Translations under genes and position numbers: made by a program
The notes under the pieces: generated by a model
The model's input: only the letters and a program-made list of their open reading frames with translations
What the model was told of the DNA's origin: nothing
Databases searched by the model: none
Part shown: positions 1 to 6,832 of the stretch, piece after piece
Position numbering within the stretch: the stretch's first letter is position 1
Layout of the letters: each line of letters opens with the position of its first letter
From: Halorubrum sp. BV1
GTDB taxonomy: Archaea > Halobacteriota > Halobacteria > Halobacteriales > Haloferacaceae
NCBI RefSeq assembly: GCF_000746205.1
Contig: NZ_JQKV01000001.1
Location: 1-32,000, forward strand
Length of the DNA stretch: 32,000 nucleotides
Direction: 5' to 3'

Positions 1-82
1 GAGTTCGATAGACTCGGGATGTGCGCGCCGAGGCAACGAGGCGTTAAGTCCACGAGCACTAACAGACCGAAGCCACAATCAT
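1..82 (+). rRNA. rrl: 23S rRNA, 3'-terminal fragment (gene continues upstream of the window)
   Basis: The sequence cgaggcaacgaggcgttaagtccacgagcactaacagaccga matches the conserved 3'-terminal helices of large-subunit rRNA as I remember them (E. coli ...GCGTTGAGCTAACCGGTACTAATGAACCG...). A 5S rRNA follows about 140 nt downstream, the normal archaeal operon order. The exact 3' end (about 78-85) is not determinable by eye. Confidence 0.75.
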
Positions 83-145
83 ACGGCACTGACACCACAC
101 TCGCATGAGTTCAGGCGGTAACTGGATCGCACGTACACACGGTCG

Positions 146-223
146 GCCGATCGCAAGATCGGAACCACCCGACACAGGCGTCTCTCCACACGGAGAGTCT
201 CGGTTCGAGTCCGAGAGTCGGCA
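146..223 (+). ncRNA. tRNA-like processing element in the 23S-5S spacer (no anticodon loop)
   Basis: Acceptor-like stem 146-152 (gccgatc) pairs with 216-222 (agtcggc): 5 Watson-Crick pairs, 1 G-U, 1 mismatch. T-arm: ctcgg (199-203), loop ttcgagt (204-210), ccgag (211-215), directly abutting the acceptor 3' strand. A223 sits in the discriminator position. The D-like hairpin is 159-162/169-172. The anticodon arm is replaced by a 6-bp stem with tetraloop acac (182-197). Confidence 0.55.
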
Positions 224-345
224 TGAAGGCGGCCAGAGCGGTGGAGGAACACCCGTACCCATTCCGAACACGGAAGTTAAGCCCACCAGCGTACCGGGAA
301 GTACTGGAGTGAGCGATCCTCTGGGAACCGCGGTTCGCCGCCTAC
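224..345 (+). rRNA. rrf: 5S rRNA
   Basis: Near-identity by eye to haloarchaeal 5S: ggcggcc...cccgtacccattccgaacacggaagttaagcccaccagcg...gtactggagtg...cctctgggaa...ggttcgccgcc. Helix I forms between 228-233 and 337-342. Ends are +/- 3 nt. Confidence 0.92.
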
Positions 346-376
346 CCACTCATACCGGGAGTATACTCCCACTCAC

Positions 377-406
377 GCCCAGCGACACCGCGTCGCTGGG
401 CTTTTT
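377..406 (+). terminator. Hairpin + T5 terminator of the rRNA operon
   Basis: Perfect 10-bp stem gcccagcgac (377-386) / gtcgctgggc (392-401), 5-nt loop, immediately followed by ttttt (402-406). Oligo-T tracts are the known archaeal termination signal. Confidence 0.6.
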
Positions 407-496
407 ACAGTTATACAGAGAGCTATCAGTCGCACATGTAGCGCCGCGTTTTTACGGGCGTTGTACCCGAAGTGAAGCTGTTTAACTGCGATCCCG

Positions 497-787
497 CTAC
501 CGTGGTGAGTCGTTCGGCTCGGGGGGGTCAAGGTGATGGTCGACGACAGTTCCGTCTGGATCGAGCGTGACTGTCCCGAGAGAGACGGTTTCGCCGGGTT
601 CGAAGCGCTCGGCGATGGCGTGGAGTGTCGATTCTTGATCGAGTTGGTCCCAGACTGTGTCGGCGACGAGCGTTTGAAACGCCTCCGGATCGGTCCATCC
701 CGAGTCGATCTCCGAGGGAACGTGAACGACGAACTGGAGTTCTGCCTCGGTGAGATGGATTCCGACGCCGAACGTGTCTGCACACAT
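497..787 (-). CDS. Hypothetical small acidic protein (96 aa)
   Basis: ATG-started ORF with strongly acidic, halophile-like composition (D/E-rich, few K). It stands alone between the rRNA terminator and a divergent kinase gene. An A/T-rich element (ttaagtat, ~811-818) lies about 25-30 nt upstream. No family recognised. Confidence 0.55.
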   Translation of the reverse strand: MCADTFGVGIHLTEAELQFVVHVPSEIDSGWTDPEAFQTLVADTVWDQLDQESTLHAIAERFEPGETVSLGTVTLDPDGTVVDHHLDPPEPNDSPR

Positions 788-945
788 ACCGCGTAATTCG
801 TCGGCGGCGGGTTAAGTATCGCCGGTGCGTTTCGATTGGGTTTTTGACGGGAAATGGTGCTGTTTTCGGGGACGCAGTGGCCGCAAGTTCTCGGAGGCGA
901 TATTTTTGACTCAAGGTTCAAATGGGATGGAGCGGTTGATATCGC

Positions 946-2538
946 ATGCACAGACGCTCTGTCGTCACGTTCGTCGGTGACGATCCGGGCGTACGCGATC
1001 GCGTCGGACGTGCGATCGAGTCCGCGTGGGGTGGGTCGCGTGTTCCGGACTACCGAGACGTTGGACCGGCCGAGTTGGTCGGAGCACGCGCGGACGACAC
1101 CGAGTTGTTGCCACTGACAGACGTGTGTGGGATCGTCGCAACCGGTCGTGCGGTGGCGGACGACGCGGTCGCAGAGAAGTTCTCTGCGACGCCTGCGGGA
1201 GTTCCAGTTATCGTCGTTCTCGAGGAGACGACCGCAGACGGGTTTCGGTCGGCGCTTCGGGCCGATCCGTCGGATGTTGTCACCAAAGCGGAACTCGACG
1301 TCGAACCCGAAGACGCGGGCGACGCTGACGTGCTCGCGCAACGACTCGCAGAGCAGGTATCGCCGGGTCGGCTCCGATTTGGCGCAGACGATGCGGATCG
1401 GCTCCGTGAGGTCTTGTTAGACGCCGGGTCGACGCTCATGAGTACGCGAACGGACGAGGTCGATACGAAGATAACGTGGACGATGGCGAACGTCGGCGAA
1501 CACGCCGAAGCTGACCGCATCATCTGTTACCTCCGTGACGGCGACACCTTCGATCCGCGGTACGTCTGGTGTCCCGATGGGTGCGATACCGCGAGTCGCT
1601 CGCTCGACGAATTCCCGCAGGCCGAGCGGCTGTCTACCTTCGAGAACGTGGTTCACTCGTCTGCTCAGTCGGCTTCCGAGTCCCGGATAGACGACTCCGA
1701 GAGAGCGGAGAACGAGACCACGGGTGAACCGCCCGCAACCGTTCACGTTCCTCTCGTAGCGGATTGGGAGCTGATCGGCGTTCTCTCCGTGGAGACGGAT
1801 GCGTGGCGCACTTGGATCGAAGAGGAGGTCGACCTGTACCGGACGTTCGCCGGCCTGATCGCACATACGATCGCGCGAAACGATCGGAGACTGGAGCTAC
1901 GGCGACGGACCGAACAGCTCGAACAGTTCAGCTCCGTCGTCTCTCACGACCTTAGAAATCCCCTCAACGTGCTTTCGGGATACGTGGACATGATCGACGG
2001 CGAGATCGCTGCGTCGAAACACGCTCCGATGGACCGTGCGATCACGCGGATGGAGACGCTTCTGGACAACTTGCTCATGCTGGCGAAACGCGGTGAGACG
2101 ATCGGGGAGACGGAACCGACTCCCGTTTGTCAGGTCGCTGAAGACGCGTGGACCTCGATCCGCGCACCACACGCGACGCTGACGCTCGCAGACGAAATCG
2201 GCACCGTGCAGGCCGACCCTCTTCGGCTCCGTCAGCTGTTCGAGAACGTGTTCCGCAATGCCGTTGAACACGGCGGGCCACAGGTCACGATCGAGATCGG
2301 CCCCCGAGACGACGACGGCGGTGGGATGTATATCGCCGACGATGGTCCCGGCGTGTCACCGGACGTGAGCGACTCGCTTTTTGATTCAGGGATCTCGACT
2401 GCGGACAGTTCCGGTATCGGACTCGCGATCGTCTCTCGTATTGTTGACGCCCACGGCTGGGACGTCGATGTCACCAACGACGACGGTGCGGTGTTCGATA
2501 TCTCGTTCGAGACGCCGACTGCCGTCAAGCCTACCTGA
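946..2538 (+). CDS. Sensor histidine kinase with N-terminal receiver-like domain and GAF-like domain
   Basis: HisKA H-box FSSVVSHDLRNPLNVLSGYVDMI. HATPase_c N-box FENVFRNAVEHGG, G1 IADDGPGV, G2 SGIGLAIVSRIV. The N-terminus VVTFVGDDPGVRDRV...VPVIVVLEE...VVTK resembles CheY-like receivers. The middle region resembles GAF (VHVPLVADWELIGVLSVE). Confidence 0.9.
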   Translation: MHRRSVVTFVGDDPGVRDRVGRAIESAWGGSRVPDYRDVGPAELVGARADDTELLPLTDVCGIVATGRAVADDAVAEKFSATPAGVPVIVVLEETTADGFRSALRADPSDVVTKAELDVEPEDAGDADVLAQRLAEQVSPGRLRFGADDADRLREVLLDAGSTLMSTRTDEVDTKITWTMANVGEHAEADRIICYLRDGDTFDPRYVWCPDGCDTASRSLDEFPQAERLSTFENVVHSSAQSASESRIDDSERAENETTGEPPATVHVPLVADWELIGVLSVETDAWRTWIEEEVDLYRTFAGLIAHTIARNDRRLELRRRTEQLEQFSSVVSHDLRNPLNVLSGYVDMIDGEIAASKHAPMDRAITRMETLLDNLLMLAKRGETIGETEPTPVCQVAEDAWTSIRAPHATLTLADEIGTVQADPLRLRQLFENVFRNAVEHGGPQVTIEIGPRDDDGGGMYIADDGPGVSPDVSDSLFDSGISTADSSGIGLAIVSRIVDAHGWDVDVTNDDGAVFDISFETPTAVKPT

Positions 2539-3061
2539 TGTCGGGGCCTCCGTCTGCGGTGGCTGTCGTCTCGAACCGGTCGACGGTGCGACGGTGTCTG
2601 TCTCGGAACATGCCTTCGAAACCGACCTTCGCGAAGGGACCGGCGGCGTCTCCGAGAAGACCGAGCGGCAGTCGGTAATCGACCGTGTCGACGAGCAGCG
2701 TCTGGTCGCCGTCCGCGTAGAACGCGTGCGTGTGCTCCCACGTCCGAAAGGGGCCTCCGTCCATCTCGTCGACGAACTGCGCGCGCTTTCCGACTGGCTC
2801 GTCCCCGTTGGGCGTTCGTTCGACGATCCGTGAGGTCCACCGCTGGCGTGGGCCGACTCCGAAGGGACGGATCGACATTCGTATGCGGGATCCCTCAACG
2901 AGTAGTTCTGGGTCGGCGTTCCCCTCGGGTCCTTCGACGCCGTCGATCACGAGGTTCATCCAATCGGGGGTGAGCCGTCGGAGTCCGTCGATCGTCGAGT
3001 GAAACGTCCACACCTCATCGATGGAGGCGGGGATTCGGGTCGTCCGGCGATACGTCGGCAT
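2531..3061 (-). CDS. SRPBCC (START/polyketide cyclase-dehydrase-like) family protein
   Basis: MPTYRRTTRIPASIDEVWTFHSTIDGLRRLTP... and ...GGPFRTWEHTHAFY... are typical of SRPBCC/cyclase-dehydrase proteins. The track ORF starts at TTG 3088; I prefer ATG 3061. The stop overlaps the convergent kinase stop by 8 nt. Confidence 0.75.
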   Translation of the reverse strand: MPTYRRTTRIPASIDEVWTFHSTIDGLRRLTPDWMNLVIDGVEGPEGNADPELLVEGSRIRMSIRPFGVGPRQRWTSRIVERTPNGDEPVGKRAQFVDEMDGGPFRTWEHTHAFYADGDQTLLVDTVDYRLPLGLLGDAAGPFAKVGFEGMFRDRHRRTVDRFETTATADGGPDIR

Positions 3062-3166
3062 ATCGTACGTCACGGTCCGCTCGGACAAAAACCCGTCTTC
3101 GGTCGGCCGTTGGTCGGTTCCCCGCTACCGAAACCCCGATACGACCGCATCGCGAGTGTCTATGGT

Positions 3167-4093
3167 ATGGAACGAGGTGCGGTTGACATCGCCGATCTTG
3201 TCGGGCCGTTCGATCTGCAGGCGACGGTCGAGAGCGGTCAGAGCTATCTCTGGAACCGCGCCGACGGCGGCACGTACGACGAACTCCACGCCTACGGTGG
3301 AGACGAGTGGTACGAAACGGTCGTCGATCCGATACCCGATGTCGTCGACGAGCGGGTGCCGCTGCGAGTCAGACAGGTCGGTGGCGTTCACGACGGAACG
3401 CTTCACTGGGAGTCGTCTATCGACGCCGTTCCGCTCTTGTATCATCTGTTTCGCCTCGACGACGACCTCGACGCGATCCGCCAGTCGACGCCGGATCTTT
3501 CGCTCCTCGATCGGGCGTACGACGCCTATGAGGGAATGCGCCTCACGCGCGACCCGGCGTTCCCGTGTCTCGTCTCGTTCATTTGTTCGGCACAGATGCG
3601 AGTCGCACGCATCCACGGGATGCAGCGCCGACTCCGCACGACGTACGGCGACACCGTCACGCTCGACGGTGAGGAGTTCCACGCGTTTCCGACGCCGGAG
3701 CAGCTCGCTTCGCGGACGGAAGACGAACTCCGCGATCTCTCGCTCGGGTACCGTGCCCCCTACGTCCAGCGAACGGCGGAGATGGTCGCTTCCGGCGAGG
3801 CTCACCCGCGGGAGGCGGCGGATCTCCCGTACGAGGAGGCTCGCGAGTCGCTGACGCGGTTCGTCGGGGTCGGAGACAAAGTCGCTGACTGCGTGTTGCT
3901 GTTCTCGCTCGGATTCCTGGAGGCGGTGCCGCTCGATACGTGGATCCGGACGACTATCGAAGAGTACTATCCCGACTGTGAGCGGGGGAGCTACGCCGAG
4001 ACGTCGCGTGCGATACGCGAGCGATTCGGCGGCGAATTCGCCGGCTACGCACAGACGTACGTCTTCTACTACCTCCGGGCCGGGGGCGACTAA
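3167..4093 (+). CDS. ogg: 8-oxoguanine DNA glycosylase / AP lyase (OGG1-type HhH-GPD)
   Basis: The motif FVGVGDKVADCVLLFSLGFLEAVPLDTWI matches the OGG1 HhH-GPD signature (GVGTKVADCICL...VPVDVH) with the catalytic Lys and Asp in place. I moved the start from 2999 to ATG 3167 to avoid overlap with the divergent SRPBCC gene and an Arg-rich leader. Confidence 0.85.
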   Translation: MERGAVDIADLVGPFDLQATVESGQSYLWNRADGGTYDELHAYGGDEWYETVVDPIPDVVDERVPLRVRQVGGVHDGTLHWESSIDAVPLLYHLFRLDDDLDAIRQSTPDLSLLDRAYDAYEGMRLTRDPAFPCLVSFICSAQMRVARIHGMQRRLRTTYGDTVTLDGEEFHAFPTPEQLASRTEDELRDLSLGYRAPYVQRTAEMVASGEAHPREAADLPYEEARESLTRFVGVGDKVADCVLLFSLGFLEAVPLDTWIRTTIEEYYPDCERGSYAETSRAIRERFGGEFAGYAQTYVFYYLRAGGD

Positions 4094-4147
4094 CCTCGAA
4101 ACGTCGGCCGAAGTTTCATGCTGATTCGTGTGGTACGCTGACTTGTG

Positions 4148-4528
4148 ATGGACTGTCGAGTCGTCGTCGAGGCCGCCGTTCCAGTGTACGATGTCGAGAC
4201 GCCCGATGAAGCGGTCCGAATCGCGATATCGAAGACCGGGAAAATGCTGAATCCGGACCTCAACTACGTCGAGATCGAGACGGGAACTCGACACGCACCG
4301 AGCGGTGAGGAGCTTCCGCCGGCGTTCGTTGCGGCCGACGAGGCGCTCGTCGCACTCGAACTTCGAATGGACGTGTTCAACGTCGACCGTACGGAACACG
4401 CGAGCCGCGTCGCCAGAAAGGAGATCGGTCAGCGTCTTCGCAACATTCCGCTGGCGGTGATCGACGTGGAAGTGATCGACGATGGCACCGACGACGGCGA
4501 TTCCGACTCAGTCGACGACCCGACGTGA
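4148..4528 (+). CDS. UPF0212/DUF555 family protein
   Basis: MDCRVVVEAAVPVYDVETPDEAVRIAISKTGKMLNPDLNYVEIE... matches my memory of archaeal UPF0212 proteins. ATG 4148 preferred over GTG 4145. Acidic C-terminal tail. Confidence 0.7.
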   Translation: MDCRVVVEAAVPVYDVETPDEAVRIAISKTGKMLNPDLNYVEIETGTRHAPSGEELPPAFVAADEALVALELRMDVFNVDRTEHASRVARKEIGQRLRNIPLAVIDVEVIDDGTDDGDSDSVDDPT

Positions 4529-4635
4529 GCGAACTCTCGTTACGTTCGCGCTTCCGGATGACGCGACGGGTCGCACTCGGCGAAGCGTTGTTATCACTCG
4601 GTGGGTGACGAACGACTGCAGTCGGCTGTGAAGAG

Positions 4636-4869
4636 TTAGTCTGCGGTCGGGGCCAGCGGCTCCGATTCAGATTCGTCCATCGGCTCGGTGATTCCGTCGG
4701 TCAATTTAAAAACAGCGGCTTTGTGGTCAGTCTTCGATTTGTGTATCGATGTCGGCTTCACGCCGAGTTCTTCGTAGGCGTCGAGGTCAATGTCCTCGTT
4801 CCAGAATTCGCACTGTTTTCGTACTTCTGCGAGGAGGCCGTGAAGATGGATGAGCTCCTGCTTCTTCAT
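4636..4869 (-). CDS. UPF0058 family small protein
   Basis: MKKQELIHLHGLLAEVRKQCE... resembles the archaeal UPF0058 family N-terminus. ATG start, with a TATA-like element upstream. Locally lower GC. Confidence 0.65.
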   Translation of the reverse strand: MKKQELIHLHGLLAEVRKQCEFWNEDIDLDAYEELGVKPTSIHKSKTDHKAAVFKLTDGITEPMDESESEPLAPTAD

Positions 4870-4895
4870 GAGTACCAGTCCTTTGCTACCGGAGG

Positions 4896-4908
4896 TTTAT
4901 ATTATTAT
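4896..4908 (-). promoter_or_regulatory. TATA-like element upstream of the UPF0058 gene
   Basis: tttatattattat lies 27-39 nt upstream of ATG 4869. This spacing fits archaeal TATA-to-start distance for short-leader or leaderless mRNAs. Confidence 0.45.
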
Positions 4909-5113
4909 CTTGAGTCACGTTATCATGGGTAGCTCGAATATTACGCCTGTACGGCCACAAACGGCCCGTTCTACGTTATCGATCGGTATAGTTCCGGTGG
5001 GCGGCTTCATTACGGAACATTCGAGGCGAAAGCCTCGCGCTGAGCGCGGGGAGGCTGTCACGGACCAACGTCGACGACGATCGGTTCGCTGTCGATCGCG
5101 TCGCATCTCACCG

Positions 5114-5293
5114 TTACTGGAACTGTCTGACCGCTTCGAGATCGCGTTCCGTTCGCATGAACTCCGTCAACCGTCGGGTGGCGTGACAACTGGGACAGCT
5201 AAAGTTCGAGCGAAGTTGTTGCAGGTCTGCGGGGTTGTCCTGCCACTCTTTGCCACATTCCGGACAAACGAGTCTGACGAACGCGTCCACCAT
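5114..5293 (-). CDS. Small zinc-ribbon protein (59 aa), not in the supplied ORF track
   Basis: My own codon-by-codon translation of the minus strand gives MVDAFVRLVCPECGKEWQDNPADLQQLRSNFSCPSCHATRRLTEFMRTERDLEAVRQFQ*. ATG at 5293, TAA at 5114-5116. Two Cys pairs (CPEC, CPSC) are spaced 20 residues apart, a zinc-ribbon pattern. A TATA-like element lies 22-31 nt upstream. Confidence 0.7.
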   Translation of the reverse strand: MVDAFVRLVCPECGKEWQDNPADLQQLRSNFSCPSCHATRRLTEFMRTERDLEAVRQFQ

Positions 5294-5314
5294 GAACCGT
5301 GGTACACGCTACCA

Positions 5315-5324
5315 GGTTAAAAAC
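5315..5324 (-). promoter_or_regulatory. TATA-like element upstream of the zinc-ribbon ORF
   Basis: The plus strand reads ggttaaaaac, so the minus strand reads gtttttaacc. It lies 22-31 nt upstream of ATG 5293. Confidence 0.45.
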
Positions 5325-5417
5325 ATGCGTGGCGGATCGCGTCCGCGGTCAGCCCCGTAGCTTGGTGGGAGGCGGCGAGCAACCGCGACGCGGTATCGAC
5401 GTTCGAATGGGGTCGAC

Positions 5418-6431
5418 TCAGGCGGCGACTCCCTCGCTCGTTTCGAGCAGCTCCTTGTACCGGTTCCGAATCGTAACCTCCGAGATGTCGGCGACGGCGG
5501 ACACCTGACTCTGGGTGACTTTCTCGTTCGAGAGCAGCGCGGCGGCGTAGACCGCAGACGCCGCGAGGCCCACCGGCGACTTCCCGCTCGTGATCCCCGC
5601 GTCTTTCGCGCCGTCGAGTAGGTCGCGGGCGAGACGCTGTGTCTCCTCTGTGAGTCCGAGCTTGGAGACGAACCGCGGGACGTAGCTCCCCGGGTCTGCG
5701 GGCTGGACGCGCAGCCCGAGTTCGCGGATCACGTATCGGTACGTTCGGGTGAGCTCCATCTTGTCCACCCGCGAGACCGCGGTGAACTCGTCGAGGCTCC
5801 GCGGATTCCCGACCTGCCGAGCCGCGGCGTAGAGCGCGGCGGTCGCGACTCCTTCGATGGAGCGGCCGGGAAGGAGATTCTCGCTCAGCGCGCGGCGATA
5901 GATGACGGATGCCGTTTCACGGACGTTGTCGGGGAGGCCGAGCGCGCTCGCCATGCGGTCGATCTCGCCGAGCGCCTGCTTGAGATTGCGCTCTTTCGAG
6001 TCGCGGGTGCGGAACCGTTCGTTCCACGTGCGGAGCCGCTGCATCTTCTCGCGCTGGCTACTCGACAGCGACCGGCCGTAGGCGTCTTTGTCCTGCCAGC
6101 CGATGTTCGTCGAGAGCCCCTTGTCGTGCATCATGTTCGTCGTCGGAGCCCCGACTCGCGACTTGCTGTCCCGCTCGCTGGCGTCGAACGCGCGCCACTC
6201 CGGCCCTCGGTCGATCCCGTCCTGCTCGACGACGAGCCCGCAGTCGTCACAGACCGTCTCTCCGTGCTCCGTGTCGGTGATGAGCGACCCGCCGCACTCG
6301 GGACAGGTGGTCGTTCGCTCGCCGGCTCGCGTCGTCTCGCTGTCCGACGTCTCCTGGTCGGCCGTTCGGTCGTCGGCTGTGCGCTCCCGTTCCGTGTTTC
6401 CGCTGTAGCTGCGTGTGCGTGTTTCTGTCAT
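5418..6431 (-). CDS. tfb: Transcription initiation factor IIB (TFB)
   Basis: N-terminal Zn ribbon CPECGGSLITDTEHGETVCDDCGLVVEQDGIDRGPEWRAF, followed by two cyclin-like repeats and the C-terminal HTH (QSQVSAVADISEVTIRNRYKELL). ATG 6431 preferred; the track start at 6476 is a GTG. Confidence 0.95.
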   Translation of the reverse strand: MTETRTRSYSGNTERERTADDRTADQETSDSETTRAGERTTTCPECGGSLITDTEHGETVCDDCGLVVEQDGIDRGPEWRAFDASERDSKSRVGAPTTNMMHDKGLSTNIGWQDKDAYGRSLSSSQREKMQRLRTWNERFRTRDSKERNLKQALGEIDRMASALGLPDNVRETASVIYRRALSENLLPGRSIEGVATAALYAAARQVGNPRSLDEFTAVSRVDKMELTRTYRYVIRELGLRVQPADPGSYVPRFVSKLGLTEETQRLARDLLDGAKDAGITSGKSPVGLAASAVYAAALLSNEKVTQSQVSAVADISEVTIRNRYKELLETSEGVAA

Positions 6432-6832
6432 GGGTTCTCCGATCGAACTCCCGACAGAAATACTGGTGCCGGGCACGCCGATTCGTTAACTAACAGTAAG
6501 TCGTGAGTCTATATAAATGTGTCGCCAGTCTTATCTAGTCTCGCGACAGAAGCTTCGGCTTGACGGGTAATACCACGGAATAGTGATTCACTCCGTCTGA
6601 TCGCTTCGCCAATAGACCGGACCGGGTTCGACGGACACATATATACTTTGCTAGTCTTTGCCAGTCGTTTCGGCCGCCCTCTGCCCCGGCGTCACGCGGA
6701 TGTGACGGCGGAGGCGCGCGGTGCCGTCGCCGTCGGATCGGCCGCTCGGGTCTCGGTCAGCGGTTTCGTCCCGCGGGGAACCCTCGGGCTGGTGCTCTAC
6801 GTCCTTCTCGGTCGGACGCGCTGACCGGGCTC

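Noticed and set aside
346-496. Search for the tRNA-Cys that follows 5S in some haloarchaeal rRNA operons
   Set aside because: No T-arm or acceptor pairing is found. The only strong structure is the terminator hairpin at 377-401.
59-1341. Track ORFs 59..349(-), 105..485(+), 373..1341(-) and 528..914(-)
   Set aside because: The first two overlap the rRNA spacer and 5S rRNA. The others are Arg/Ser/Pro-rich and cross a promoter region and real genes on the other strand or frame.
2531-2538. 8-nt overlap of the convergent kinase and SRPBCC stop codons
   Set aside because: This is ordinary genome compaction in haloarchaea with no functional implication visible.
3125-4399. 424-aa minus-strand ORF antisense to ogg and UPF0212
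   Set aside because: Arg-rich translation with no motifs. The plus strand has the OGG1 HhH-GPD signature.
4870-5113. Possible ncRNA (GNRA-type hairpin cgaggcgaaagcctcg at ~5021-5036 and cgcgctgagcgcg at ~5036-5048; C/D-box-like strings) between UPF0058 and the zinc-ribbon gene
   Set aside because: The hairpins are short. I could not find properly spaced C (RUGAUGA) and D (CUGA) boxes or any known RNA family signature. This is more simply the 3' UTR of the zinc-ribbon mRNA plus the UPF0058 promoter.
6702-6824. 40-codon GTG-started plus-strand ORF (VTAEARGAVAV...GTLGLVLYVLLGRTR) downstream of an A/T box
   Set aside because: High GC3 occurs equally in the antisense frame. There is no ATG, no recognisable motif, and the composition is basic. 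Evidence is insufficient, so it is only mentioned under the spacer finding.
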